NCBI GenBank assembly: GCA_022813865.1
Contig: JALDZX010000058.1
Span: forward strand, 62,001 to 126,000
Direction: 5' to 3'
Length of the DNA: 64,000 nucleotides
From: Xylographa opegraphella
Taxonomy: Eukaryota
Below, piece by piece: positions 1 to 13,876 of this stretch. The notes beneath the pieces were generated by a model. The model saw nothing but the letters and a program-made list of their open reading frames with translations. It had not been told where the DNA came from and did not search any database. The translations under genes and the position numbers were made by a program. The stretch's first letter is position 1, and each line of letters begins with the position of its first letter.

Positions 1-1730
1 CTTGTTATATGGCTGAAACAGTGTTGACATAAGCATAAGGTACTCAACTGGACTGGCAAGACTAAGTGAAGTTGGGGGCCGTCATTTGGATACCTGCAAC
101 CGTGTTGACATAAACATACTTCAAATAACTTGAAATTGAATTCGAGGCAGAGATACCACAATTCGATGACCTCAAATTTACATTTCCAGCACGATATTGT
201 AACAGCGAATGAATAGCACGTCCGGCTGTCATTAGGCCTAGCTGTCATATTGTCGGTGGCCACCCAAAGCTTTGCCACTTCTTCCATTCGGAGGAGTGCG
301 GCATAGTCTGTCAGCAGTATCCTAAAACTGGATACCCTGCCAAGATCAATCGACGTCCTGACTCAGACAGTGACCCGACATTTTACGGACGGTACCTTTC
401 CTCAACTTTGCTACGGTCCGTAGCCCTCGCTTTCGATAAGGCCTTCATTGTATGTAGTCACGGCTTCTTGTTGTGGACTCGGATTTGGTCACGGCGCTCA
501 TCGTATGGCGCTAGGCTCTTTTTAGCAAAGGTCGGTGCCGACTATCAGTGCAGCACTTCTTCTCGCTATCGCTGAGGCAATTTTAACACGCCGACATCGC
601 CCCTTCTGCTGCTCTTATCTTCTAGAGCAAGGATGCTAGGACTTCTCGCAGGACTGGATGAGGTCACGAGGAACAGACCTGTATGTCACGGGCAGTGGCT
701 CGTGTAAAAGGGAAAATAAGCCATGGTCGGCAAGGGACGAAGGCATACACTGATACCGTTGGTCTATAATCCGCAAGGAACAATATGGAAGACAGCAAAG
801 GTACCATTTCGTATGTCTTGGCGTATCTTCAGATTTCTCGATTCCGGTCACGTGTTGGCTTTTGGGCACGCAGTTCACCTCCTGGAGCATCGAGTTCCCA
901 AGTGTGGACGTCCATTATGTCTCAACGCCACGAAATAATCTTCATTCCCGCAAGCGCGTTGTGATCTTTGCGCAAGGGTGCTCCTTCCCAGTCTAGTGCC
1001 TCGGGGTCTCTGCGATAGAGCCTCGAAATTTGCTTCTCTTCCTGTTACCTTTCATGAGAATACAGGAAATTCTTTTGCATATACTCGAACGATGTTACAT
1101 CGCTTAGCGTTGTTTCTTGCTTCGGCTTTCTCGATCATACTGGGCACATCTTCAGGGGGGAGCTCTTTTCTGATGGAGAGAGCTGTTTCCGAATAGAGGA
1201 TTGCAACGTCTTATCATCACCATGTTTATTTGTTTACTATTCTTCCGTTTTCTCTCCGAAGCTCTTTGTTCTTGCTCTCCCGGAATAACACTGTCCGAGT
1301 CTTGTAGAAGCGCTCCAAGTCGTCAAGCCATTTCCTACATATAAAGGCCGCTGCTGGTCCCAGCTTCTAATCATGCGTTATTGTTTGGTTGGCCGAAAGC
1401 TGATGTCTAGTCATGAAGTCCATACGATCGAGGACATGAGCCGGGTCATATTTTCAGATACCATCTTCCTCAAGCCCAAGTGTCTTCTCGACACCGTCTC
1501 AGCTCATACACGACGTTGTAAGCCGCTGTTACGGGTGCTTTCCTGAGCTCGACACTCTTGACCGTTTTGCTAAACAATTTCAACTCTATTTGAATCCTGT
1601 CTATATAGTATGAAATGTCTATCATCTTCATGTCTTCGCTCTCTATCATCCAAACATACCAACTCCCCATCCAATCCTTCTCAGCGATTTCTGCGTCTAT
1701 ATATCTCATCCCACAAGACCCGAGTTCCAA

Positions 1731-1771
1731 CCCCTACCCCTACGCCTACCCCTACCCTTACCCCTACCCCT
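1731..1771. repeat. Degenerate (CCCTAC)n hexamer microsatellite
   Basis: ccctacccctacgcctacccctacccttacccctacccct, just upstream of the pseudogene ATG. Confidence 0.8.
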
Positions 1772-1832
1772 GTTCTCCCCTCTCTCCTTCTACCAAGCAA
1801 CCACACAAAGCTGCAGCAGCAAGACTCCTGCC

Positions 1833-2789
1833 ATGGCTCTGGTTGTCCCATTCGTAGAGACCTGCGTCTACGTCGGCCAAGCGGTCGGAGCACTTATCCT
1901 CGGCCTCGTCGGAGAGATCAACGACAGCGACCACACGGCCGAGACCCAATTCACCAGGAACATGTGCGACCAACTGCGCGCCGCCTGTCCCCGCAAGAAC
2001 ATCATGATTGTCCACTCCAACTACTCCTCGAACCTCGTGAACGCCCAACAAGCCCACGTCTTGTGCCCAAAATCAATCAATCAATCACCTGGGCCCGCAC
2101 TCAAGGCTACACATGCATCGTTTTCGACTCCGGCACCATCCAGCTGCAGGGCGACGGCGTCTTTGAAAACTGGTGCTACAACGGGACTTACACCCACAAC
2201 GGCAACGGCAGCGTGACCTTCAACGCCATAGACCGTGAGTCAGGATGCAAAAGCAGGCGCTGTCTACCTCATTGCAAACTATCTTCCATTTCCACGACTA
2301 GTCGCGGTGACACCCCCTCCCAACCCGACAGTGCAGCTCCCTCCTCCCCCACCAACGAAAAGTCCCAATGACCGCACACCGCCGGCGTCTAGCTCGTCAA
2401 CTCGCTCAAGAACGGGCAATAGACCAGCGGCATGGCGTACGATAGACAGATGCTCCGCAACAGCGACAACAATAGGCAGCAGACGGACGTGTACGTCGAC
2501 ATCAAGGCCGACAGTACCGTCACCGTCAAAAGGGAAGGCGGCTTCCAACAAGGTACCGTCCTCCCTGCAGGCCCCACAGTCCCACCCTTGCCTGGCAGGC
2601 GTGTTCCCGGACGGAGACCGGTTCAGTACCTGGCTTGGGGCGGCTGCGGAGATCGCGAATGTGGGGGAGTTCTATCAGGTGGGCTGGGCGGCGAATTGAT
2701 GTCGCCGTATGAGGGTGTATAAGAATCGGTGGCGTGTGTTGTATGAGGGTGATGGGTGGCAGGTGTATACGGTGCATTATTGTACTTAG
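1833..2789 (+). pseudogene. Decayed two-domain fungal protein (N-domain with FDSG..GDGxFENW motif; Pro linker; C-domain ending RVLYEGDGW...HYC)
   Basis: ATG 1833 frame (..NIMIVHSNYS..LCPK) switches at (AATC)4, 2071-2086, to ITWARTQGYTCIVFDSGTIQLQGDGVFENWCYNG. Introns 2235-2301 (GTGAGT..TAG) and 2553-2598. The second domain reads HTAGV*LVNSLKNGQ*TSGMAY..GVFPDGDRF..VGWAAN*CRRMRVYKNRWRVLYEGDGWQVYTVHYCT*, with stops at 2390, 2420 and 2697 and a second frameshift in the linker. Confidence 0.65.
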
Positions 2790-3130
2790 TCGGGAAGGGA
2801 CAGGAGGGGAAAATGGGGTGAGGGTGGTATCTTGTAATGGCACATGTAAAGTATTTTGATTACTTTATTCTGGTACGGGAGATCTCTCTTGGCGATAATT
2901 GTATGTTCTTAAGCGATGGATATCAGGAACTCTACTTTTGACTATGACCCTTTCTGCCCACGGGTAGTTGGTCCGTTAGCATGTCAAGCAAATCCCCCAT
3001 TGTTTCGTCCTCTCTACCGCTACTATCACCATAATGTGCTCGGCGAAGATCCCGCGGATTCTGACTGCCTGCCTCGAAACCAAAAGATAGAGTCGCGTGG
3101 GTCAGCTTGTATATATGAAATATTGATCGA

Positions 3131-4237
3131 TCAAGCTTTTTGAAGAGTGACGTCTGCCGCAGGTCAGCTATGCGCTCCATTCCAAACACGATAACCACAT
3201 ACTAGGATTCTTCAGGATGGCTCCGTGCTCAGCTGGTAACAGAGCACCCTTCGGAGGCTGGTTCTTGCTCTTAAAGTCATCACATATATCCTCCATCTTG
3301 ACCCACTCCACTCCCGGTTTGCCGCTGATGTACTCGATCAATCGCTCCAGCATGAGGATGACGTGAGGGTGACCGCCAACGTCAGGATGTATCGTGACCG
3401 GAAAGCAGAAGTCATCTTCCTCGCGGTAGAAGAAGTCAAAGTGATCCCGCCACAGGTCTTCGACGTCTCTGGGGTTAACCCATCCATGAGAGTTTGGGGC
3501 TTTCTTGATGAACATCATCGGCGGCAGGTCGTCCAGATACCAGTTCGCAGGAATCTCCACAAGCGCAGTTTGGGGACCAGGTACAAGGGGGTGCATCCAG
3601 TGGGATGGGTCTTTACTGTAGTCTATCTTTGTTATCGTATCGCCAGTGCGGAGCCAGTATGGATGGCAGTCTTGATGTGAGAAGGAGTGGTCTGTGACAT
3701 GGATGTTCAGCACGAGATAAACGTTCCGACGGGATTGAAACATACCATATTCGATACCGTATTTCAGCATTAGCTCTGCCCCTTCCTTGCTCGCTTCCCA
3801 CCATGGAGCGACGCTCCCTCGTGGTGACTTGCCGCAGAACTCTGTCAATTGCTTGTATGTCTTGTCTAGTATTGCGTGCTGTTGTTCAATGGTCATCGAG
3901 GCTGGATTCTCGTGCGAATATCCGTGCAGACCGATCTCGTGTCCAGCATCTCGGATCATTGCACATTCTTCGGGGAACGTTTCCAAGGAGTGGCCTGGAA
4001 TATACCATGTGGTCTTAATATCGTACTTGGCGAATAGCTTCAGGAGCCGTCGAACTCCTACGGTGCCTGCAAAGTAGCCGCGTGATATATCACTGGACGA
4101 GTCCTCTCCGCCGTACGATCCAAGCCACCCTGCGACGGCATCGATATCAACGGAGATACAGCAGAGTGCGCCTAGAACGGTTCGATCAATCCTCCACGCA
4201 TATCGTAGATATCAGATCACTTACGTTTATTAGCCAT
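3131..4237 (-). CDS. Polysaccharide deacetylase (CE4, PuuE/HP0310-like), 4 exons
   Basis: Spliced [60 protein letters not shown]; 3 GT-AG introns (the middle one is in-frame and stop-free); ends ..VTLQKA*. Confidence 0.88.
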
Positions 4238-4662
4238 GATCAAGGTAATAGAGTATACCGTTGTATTTGGGCGAACATGGCTCCATCACTTTCATCATGA
4301 TAGATAGCGATAGTAGTAGCCCGGTTGCCCCGCTTATCTACCTACTTTACCTTAGGTACTCTCTGGCGGGGAAGCTCTGTTGTAACCTGTGTGACGTCGA
4401 TGTGCTCTGCATGAAGCTACGGGAGAAACATCGGCCCGTCGAGACGATCTTTACCTAGGGCTGAAGGTACTCTATTCGGCGGGAAACCCCTGTCACAAGT
4501 TTGAAACGCGTCAAGTGTAGCTCTGTGGTCGGCATTCATCCAATTCATTCCTACCAAGTCATGACTCCCGACACTCATTTTGTCATCTGATGGCACAGGA
4601 AGCTTAGACATTGACCGTCGTCTCACTTCACTTAATTCCCGGTACTCAAGTAATATGTTATA

Positions 4663-7600
4663 ATGTTCAATTTCACTCCTTTGTTGGGGGCTCAATCTAC
4701 CTCGCCTGCCTCTCAGTCCTTACTCGAATTTGAAGGTGGTGTAAAGGTCCTGATTGATCTTGGATGGGACACCGATTTCGACGTCGCTCAGCTTGAGAGC
4801 CTTGAAAAGTGAGTCTTAGAGTTGGGACAGCAGTATTCAAGTTAGAAATCGTTTGTCACTTTGCGCATTCGAAAAGTTGGAATTCTAGCATGACTTCTAT
4901 TCCATCCCATGTCTAGCTGTTTCGATATCGTTCTTATTCTTGAGCTAACATTGCAACGTATTCAGGCATGTTCCTACCCTCTCTGTCATCCTGCTTACGC
5001 ATGCGACCTCCGCTCATATTGCAGCTTTTGCCCACTGCTGCAAGCATATCCCACTATTTACCCAGATCCCAATCTATGCTACAACCCCGGTAATCTCACT
5101 GGGGAGGACTTTACTACAGGATATCTACTCGTCCACTCCACTAGCATCTTCTATCATACCACCTGCGGCACTTTCTGAAGCATCATATTCATACGCAAGC
5201 CTTAATTCGCACGCCCATCTAAACATCCTACTTCAGCCGCCGACATTGGAAGAAATATCTCAATATTTTGCGCTTATCAATCCGCTCAAATACTCCCAAC
5301 CACATCAACCACTGCCATCCCCTTTCTCTCCGCCCCTCAATGGGTTGACTATCACGGCATATAATGCAGGGCATACACTAGGCGGAACAATATGGCATAT
5401 TCAGCATGGAATGGAATCGGTTGTCTACGCTGTGGATTGGAACCAGGTGCGGGAAAACGTCTTTACTGGTGCAGCATGGCTTGGCGCTTCCAGTGCTGGA
5501 GGCGCCGAGGTCATCGAGCAGCTTCGTAAGCCAACGGCGTTGATTTGTAGCACCAAGGGAGTCGAACAGACGGCTTCGGCCGGCGGGCGAATCAAACGAG
5601 ATGAGCTTCTCCTCGATATGATACGAACCACGATCAGCAGAGGTGGGACAGTCCTTATCCCAACCGATAGCAGTGCAAGGGTGTTAGAGCTCGCGTATGT
5701 TTTAGATCATGCCTGGCAGCGGGAGTCTAGCAGCTCGGATCAAAGTGTATTGAATACTGCTAGGTTGTATCTTGCGAGTATGAATGCGGGTGCTACTATG
5801 AGATACGCAAGCAGTATGATTGAGTGGATGGATGAAAACGTTGTTCGCGACTTCGAAGCCGAGGGCGCGAAATCTAGCAATAATGACAAGCAGCATCGAA
5901 GGATGGATAGTAAGCAGATGCGCAGAGATCAAGACAACTCGAGACCGGCTGGACGGGATTCAACACCTGGAGACATGTTTGAGTTTAGACATATGAGGTT
6001 ACTGGAACGAAGATCTCAGGTTGAGAAAATGTTGTCCAAGAAAACTCCCAAGGTTATCCTGGCTAGCGATACGTCTTTGACGTGGGGATTTTCAAAAGAC
6101 GCTCTGCAACGCCTAGCAGCAGATCCTGCAAATTTGGTTATTTTGACAGAACGTTCCGGTTCTGCAGACGACAGCATACCAGAGGCTGGACAGGGACTAA
6201 GCCGGATCTTATGGAAATGGTATGCTGAGAAAAAGGATGGTGTTGCTCTTGAAACCAGCTCTGGTGGTCAAACGATTGAGCAGGCATATACTGATAATCG
6301 ACTTTTGCGATTCGTTGAACATTATCGACAACCTTTGGAAGGGAAGGAGCTGGTCATGTATCAGCAGTATCTGGCAACCAAGCGTCAACTCCAGACGACT
6401 CTTCAGTCGGGCGGTGATACTATGCTGGAGAGTGCTGCCGATGCTATTGATGAAAGTTCTTCAACAAGCTCTTCATCAGAAGAGTCCGATCCTGAACATC
6501 AAGGGAAAGCCCTCAATATGTCTGCGGCGCTTGCACAAGCTCGAAACAAATTGAGTGGAAATAAGGAAATCACTGGAGTGAACGTCCTACTTCGCCAACC
6601 TGGAGTGTACGATTATGATGTGCGTGGCAAGAAGGGCCGGGATGCAATGTTTCCTTATATTTCAAAACGTCGGCGCATTGACGACTTTGGCGAACTCATC
6701 CGGCCTGAAGATTATCTAAGGGCGGAAGAGCGGGACGACATCGATGGTCAAGATATGCGCGATACGAATGGTGAAAAGCAGCCGGGACTCGGACAAAAGC
6801 GTAAATGGGAGGATACATCCTTGCCAAGTCCTCATGGACGCCGTACATCTATTGGCTCAAGAAAGCGCCGCAAGTTTGGAGAGCCAGATCAACGGGGGGT
6901 TAATGGGATGCGCGAACCCAACGGCGCGGACGATATTGGGGGTGAGAGCTCTGACGAGTCAGATTCAGAGACCGAAGAATCATCAATTGGCCCCGCCAAG
7001 ATCAATTACAAGGACTCCTCTGTACAAGCAAACCTCCGAATCGCGTATGTTGATTTTGCTGGTTTGCACGACCAGCGCAGCTTGTCAATGCTGATACCAC
7101 TGATTCAGCCACGAAAACTTGTGTTAGTTGGGGGATCCGAGTCGGAGACCTCGTGGCTTGCTGAGGAGTGCAGGCAGAAGCTTCGGTCACGCCCTAATGA
7201 TGAAGGGACAGTGAACGATATTTTTACTCCTGTCAACGGCCAAACAGTAAGCGCAAGTATGGATACGAATGCCTGGACTGTCAAGCTGAGCGATGCGCTG
7301 GTAAGGCGTCTTCGTTGGCAAGATGTGAAAGGCTTAGGTGTCGTGACATTAATGGGTCGCCTGGGAGTCTCCAATCCTCCCGAGCAGCTCGAGGCGGACA
7401 GTTTACGGAGAAAACGACAGCGAATCATAAAGGACGAGGAGGATGCATCGAAACCAGAAGATTTTCAAGCCATGACAAAACCAGCGCCAGAACTTCCCCC
7501 AATTCTAGATGTGATACCTGCCAGTATGCAGGCAGCAACACGCTCCGTTGCGCAGCCGCTACATGTCGGTGATTTGAGGCTTGCAGATCTGCGTAGGATC

Positions 7601-7813
7601 CTTCACTCAACAGGTCACTCTGCGGAGTTCCGAGGGGAAGGAACGCTTCTGATCGATGATCTTATAGCGGTAAGAAAGTCGACTACCGGTCAAATTGAGG
7701 TTGAGAGTGGAGGTATCAGACTATCAGATTTGATGGGCAGAGACAGGGAAGAATCCTTTCAAGCCGTCAGACGAAGGATATATGAAGGCCTAGCAATAAT
7801 AGCAGGGGGTTAA
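4663..7813 (+). CDS. CFT2: Cleavage and polyadenylation factor subunit 2 (CPSF100/Cft2/Ydh1)
   Basis: MFNFTPLLGAQS start, one intron at about 4809-4965, AYNAGHTLGGTIW, YAVDWNQ, PTDSSARVLEL, C-terminal LHVGDLRLADL..AEFRGEGTL. Confidence 0.93.
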
Positions 7814-8332
7814 CCGACGGGGGAAAATGACCATTAATTATGTTGTGTATGCACGTCTAAGTCTGCGAAACTGATTCGCTCGCATTCGGTGAAAGGTCTG
7901 GCATTACGCGAACAAAGTCTTTTAATATCCACAAATTCCTGCACTGTCTTCTTCTGTGTTTGTTTCTCTGACTCTACCCATCTGATGCTGTTAGTCATGC
8001 ATCGGTGGAGAATTTGTATCTTTACTCATCTCTGGTGTTTCGTTGTCAGAGTGTGAGCAGATTCACGAGGATGTCTCATTCTGTCGATTCACTAGCAACA
8101 GCTAGGGATGACTGACCCCTATACCTTTGTCCTTGACCATCCACCAAGATTCTTCCTCCTCTAAGCATATACATCAAGATTCCATAATTCTTAGTTCATC
8201 TCAAGCCTAATTACTCTCAACTCTGTCAGCTCTTCAATCCGACGACAATAAGGAGCACGAAAATATTTCGTTCGAACCTCACTTCATCCCATCAGACCTT
8301 CACGTCTATTGACAAATCTGCGATTCAATAAG

Positions 8333-9064
8333 ATGCCTCCTACTACTCGCATACACTACAGAACAACGCATGGCGGTCCGCCGAATGGGGGAGTTCCTCC
8401 CGAACGTACTCGCGCTTCAGCTCTCGCCGCACTCTCAGGGCCGCCGCCACCATATTTCCAGCCTCCCACTTACACAGCTCATCCTGTGCGTATTGTCGAA
8501 ATAACTACTCCGAGCCCTCAACCATGCGCACCTCCGCCTTACGTCGGATACCTACCATGTTCTCCACTCACACCGTATGCTATTCCTGTGATGCAGGTTC
8601 CATTAGGGTTTTATCCTCCGCCTCTCCCGCCACCGCCGCCATCTCAGCCACCTGCTCGGCCCCAACCCACAGAGCCTCCGGGGGCAACGATGGATGGTGC
8701 GAAGATTGAATTTGATGACGGGATGTCGACTTACATCTTCCCTGAGGATCATGCCGTCATTCACTTTATGAATAACGAGCACCAGCCATGGGAGCATCCA
8801 TACGTGGAATTCGGGTTCACCGTACACAAAGTGCCTTGCTCCATGCCCATCAAGGAGCTCATCCGCCGCCTTGGCTGTCCGGGCACGTACGATCCACATC
8901 GTGGTATTGTCGAATGTTTCGAAACCGGAAATGGCGCATGGATCAAAGGGTCGACGTTCCGTCTGCACCAGGACAGATCGAAACAGCGTCTAGAGGACGT
9001 AGGGTGGACCAAGTCACGAGGCACGGACCGGAAGCCGGTTTGGTTGGCAGTCTACAAGGGCTGA
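8333..9064 (+). CDS. Hypothetical protein, Pro-rich N-terminus plus globular C-terminal domain
   Basis: Single-exon ORF of 243 codons from the ATG at 8333; protein-like C-terminus YIFPEDHAVIHF..GWTKSRGTDRKPVWLAVYKG. Confidence 0.7.
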   Translation: MPPTTRIHYRTTHGGPPNGGVPPERTRASALAALSGPPPPYFQPPTYTAHPVRIVEITTPSPQPCAPPPYVGYLPCSPLTPYAIPVMQVPLGFYPPPLPPPPPSQPPARPQPTEPPGATMDGAKIEFDDGMSTYIFPEDHAVIHFMNNEHQPWEHPYVEFGFTVHKVPCSMPIKELIRRLGCPGTYDPHRGIVECFETGNGAWIKGSTFRLHQDRSKQRLEDVGWTKSRGTDRKPVWLAVYKG

Positions 9065-9918
9065 ATCACGTAGAATCTCGGACACAGTTGGGTCCCGAAG
9101 GATGGATATTCTCTAACGAGTCTCCCCGAGACCATCCTATACGAGGACATGGCGAAAGAGTTGCTCCCAGGGCATGAAAGATGTTGAGATATGTTTTGGA
9201 TGGCTTTATGAATGAGATACGAATTGCTATGATAACGGTTTGCTGAAGTACGGAAATGCGAGTCTGCTTGCAACAGCCCTTCGGATGGCTACACAGAGGG
9301 ATCCAATCTATTTGATATGTTGAAGTTGGTCTGATTATCAATTCTTCCGGCCCTCTGTATTTTGGTAGACTAGCAGTTAGTCGCAGGCATCGATAGGTGT
9401 GTGACATCTGGATACACAGGAACATGGGAGCAGGCCTGTACAACGGTTGGAAAAGTCAGAGCTAGTAATGAACCACTAGAAATCTACTATGCGATCTAGG
9501 TGTCCAGCATGCTGATATATAGTTATTGCTGACTGTCTCTTGTCCTCTGTGACCCTCAGCAGTCCGCACTGAATCCTCCGCCGCTTTCGCAAGGACTCAC
9601 CCTTTTCGGCCTAGGCCTGACCATCGTCCCCAGCCCTAGCGCGCTGCGATAAGGCACGACCCCACCTCTGATTGTCCCCAACGATCCCCCCAATATCACT
9701 CGTGACAGCGGAATATCCATGGGTTCGGTTTAGATTTTGCCTGCTCGGACTCTGCCTTTCTCAAAGACCCGATTGCGTAGTCTTGGCCCTGGCTCATATC
9801 TTAAAAGGTACTGCCATTCCTTATGATATTGCTTCTGCACTCTTGCATATCATATTCCGCGTCTACACAGCTTTCCAGTATCTACGACTCTGTATTACAT
9901 AGGGAGCTTGCTCACGTA

Positions 9919-12171
9919 ATGTCTACCGAACAGGTTTCGTCGACGCCCACTGTTGGTGCGGCCAAGCAGCTATCAATTCATCCTTTATCGCCCTTGACGA
10001 GCTCCGAAATATCTGCAGCTGCAGGTCTCGTTAAAGGACTGTACCCATCAAAGACCGATCTCCAATTCAAGACTGTCACGCTAGAAGAGCCTGCCAAGGC
10101 TCTCTTGGCTCCTTATCTGGATGCCGAGTATCATGGACGTCCTACAGGCCGAATAGAGAGGAAGGCGTTTGTCAATTATTATATCCGCAACACAGTAAGT
10201 CGTCTAAGACTTGGTCCTGCACCAGGTATACGAAGCAGATGGCCGTTGACGATTGCAGGACAAATTTCACGAGGCGGTGGTCAATCTCACGCAACGACGG
10301 GTCGAAAGCCATTTTAGACTCGGCCCCAACAAGCATAGTCCAGGGGATGGAGAGGAGGTTCTCCTGGTCGAGAAAATTGCGCTGGAAGATGAAGGGGTAA
10401 AGGCCGAAATTGCCAAACTCCAGCTGCCCGAGGGCACGGTCGTCATCAGCGACCCCTGGATATATGGTACGAAAGCCAAAAAGCATCTATGCCGTACTTC
10501 GACTGCTAACACTGATCGAAGGTTCCGACGGTATTGACGATGACAGACGGATGTACCAATGCTTTCTGTACATGAGGGATCCTATGAACTCGTCAGATGC
10601 GGACTCCAATCACTATGCGCTGCCTTTAGCTATCTCGCCTGTCATCGATGCAGAGCAGTTCAAAGTGATCCGCATTGACTTTCTTCCCACCGGTGATGAT
10701 CATACTACCAAGGAGACGGAGCCTTACAAGATTAAGCCTCCAAATGAGTATACTCCAGAGCATCAAGACCTCAGGACAGACCTTAAGCCTTTGAATGTCA
10801 TACAACCAGAAGGAGCAAGCTTCACTGCTACAAAGACAGGAGAAACAGGGGAAATCATCGAGTGGCAGAAATGGTCATTTCGGGTTGGTTTCAATGCTCG
10901 TGAAGGCATGGTCCTCTATGATGTGAGTCATGATCTTGCTCCCGTTTTTCTTGTTCTGACACAACCAGGTTCGTTATGATGGTCGCAGTTTGTTCTACAG
11001 ATTGTCTCTCTCCGACATGAGCATCCCCTATGCTGACCCAAGGCATCCTTTTCACAAAAAGGCTGCTTTCGATCTGGGAGATGTTGGTGCTGGTGTGATG
11101 GCCAACAACTTGAAACTCGGGTGTGATTGCTTGGGTTCCATCCATTATCTTAGCGGATTACTCTCCGACTCGAAGGGCGAGCCGACCCCTATGGAAAATG
11201 TGATTTGTGTGCATGAGCAAGACAATGGCATCGGCTGGAAGCATACTAATTACAGAACCGGCCGAGCGGCTGTTGTACGAAACCGAGAACTTGTTGTCCA
11301 ATCTATCATCACGGTCTCCAATTATGAGTATATCCTGGCATTCATTTTCAACCAGGCTGGCATGATCGAATACGAGGTGCGAGCCACTGGAATCCTCAGC
11401 ACGCAGCCTATCGATGAAGGCGTCGAAGTACCTTGGGGAACTGTTGTCCATCCCGGGGTACTTGCTGCACACCATCAACACATCTTCTCACTACGTGTTG
11501 ACCCTATGATCGATGGTCATAACAATAGACTTGTTGTGGATGAGGTCCATCCCATGCCTCGGAACGACTTCAATCCCCATGGCGTTGGCTACGTGGTGGA
11601 AGAAACCGTGGTGCAAGAGTCCTGCGGCCTGGATCTCGACTTCGATGTCAACCGCACGTTTGTCATCCAGAACAACGCGGTTAGGAACCCGATCAACGGC
11701 AAGCCTGTTGCTTACAAGATCCACGCGCCTCCGTTTCAGAAGATGGTCGCGGACCCTGATAGCTTCCACCACAAACGAGCAGAGTTTGCCGACCACAACC
11801 TTTACGTCACCAAGCACAGGGATGGCGAGATTTACGCAGCCGGGAAGTATACCAATCAGTCGAGGGGCGGGGAGGGCGTTCGGGCGTGGGCAAACCGAAA
11901 AGAGAATGTCAAGGATACCGACCTGGTCGTCTACGTGCAGTTCGGGCTGCAGCACATCACGCGGATCGAGGACTTCCCGGTCATGCCGTGCGAGGTGATC
12001 AAGGTGGCGCTCAAGCCGGTCAACTTCTTCGACCGCAACCCGGCCATCGACGTGCCGCCTTCCAATCAGGAGTTCAATCGATCGACCCTCGTGGCCGAAC
12101 AGCATAAACAGCCCGCCGTTGAGGCTGTGGTGGGGGAGAAGGGGGAGGTGTGCTGTTCGAGCAAGTTGTGA
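9919..12171 (+). CDS. Copper amine oxidase (TPQ-dependent)
   Basis: HPLSPLT N-terminal motif, AFDLGDVG, LGCDCLG, TVSNYEY (TPQ site), HHQH copper ligands, EDFPVMP; 3 GT-AG introns. Confidence 0.95.
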
Positions 12172-13876
12172 GTAGGTAGAAGGGTGTTAGTCTAGGGAAT
12201 ATAGGATACCAATTCTCTTCCTTTGTGATTAATATCGAGTATGACTACAAGCTTTGCTCGTCGATCAAGACCGGGGTGCGATTGGGATTTGACTGGCACG
12301 TCATCGCTAACTTAAATATCCGAATGGCGTGCAGCCAAGCTGCCGAGCACGCTAGCGCAATTTCGAATTCTCTGCCCGGCCCGCAACCAGGATGCCAACC
12401 GTGTTTCTTGTGGCTATTGCAGCATTGCCTCATATTCCGTCTTCACTTCTGAAGCACGTATGGACAATGACTCCTACGGATGAATGAGTAAACAGAACAT
12501 GGCGCAAATTTCAGAGATCTATGGTTGGCATCGTCTCATGCGTCGTTCCTGACGGGATCAACATGGTGACATCGGTGGACGTCACAGGCGTGACCCGAAA
12601 GGGTAGTCTATCGTGACTTTCTCATGCTTATGCGCTGGCCGGTCCACCGGTGTATGCTTGTATCCTTTGTCTGCTATTGTTATGTACTAGGGCGTCCTTG
12701 TTATATCACCGATAAGGATTTTGAACAACGGACTCTAAAGGGAAATTCTGTTTGACACCTGTCACGGGAGGACTACAGAGTACCCATGATCCCGTTGTTT
12801 TACTATGGCTTCCAAATCGCTGATAGGTTACACGACTTGTAGATGGTGTCGTTCGTCAAAGACGCCGTTATCTTCTCGACGAGTTGCACGCTCAAGTGAG
12901 AATCCCGACATCAGGCCGGCATTATTGATCGCCTGAAAGGCTACCATGGTCGGTACCACGCGCTCGCATTCCATCCAATAGAGTGTCGTGTCTCTTTCAC
13001 AAAACCAGCTAGTGTACGTGTCTGCATGAAGAATATGCTTACTTACGTATCTGACGGGGATGATCCGCCACACATGGATTGCCGAGTCCTAACTTGATGC
13101 TTACTTATTTCCTGGCCGAATGAGGGTGAACGCAACCGCTCTAGTTGTCAGAATGATAGCACGGAACAATACTTGATAGGCAGGCCAGACTTACTGCCAC
13201 AAACAGTATTATTGAATCGAATCCACCATGGCAATGTCCGCCTCTATCAGATACCCTGCCGGATGTCGCCGCCGACATCAATTACATTGACTGTACAGCT
13301 TCAATCTTTCTGCAGAAGCGATTGACCAACCGATCATCTTGCATGTTGACCATTGTCCTATAGGAATGGGACCTCCCAGTCCACACTACCTCGATTGAGC
13401 GGTACGCCAAACGATCCTGCCCTTCTGTTCTCATGTGCTAGGAGCTGCACCGTCATGTTTCTAGTCGCTGTGAAGAAGGCGATGTTCCCATACCAATACC
13501 AGGATTGTAGAACCCCTCTCTGGTTGAGGTCCCCTCCATCACCTCGAATGTTTTGCCAACTTCGATTGTTTGATGGCACGTCAATACCCACCAACCGAGT
13601 CACACAAGCCCTAAGACCCCACTATTGATCCGCTGACATCCTTGATCCTTCGCTACTGCCGACAACGTGAACGTCTACTTACTCTCAGCTTTCGTCGTTG
13701 GTTCTCATGAAAGCCATTACTGATCATCCAGTCGATCGAATGGCAACCTTGTTTTTTAGGTGAAATAATCCTACATCAGTCAGTCATAAGCGCCTTCGGG
13801 CTTCATATCCTGCAGGATTACCTCGTCTTGATTGACATTACATGTCTCCTGTGTCCCAAAATTTATGCTATTAATC

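Noticed and set aside
1..1600. Possible decayed minus-strand gene (Cys-rich CWKC..WYLCLE..EVC segment near 100-200)
   Set aside because: Many stops in all frames and no family I can recognise with confidence
12200..13800. Short ORFs in the long amine oxidase-permease intergenic region
   Set aside because: No recognisable protein or consistent frame
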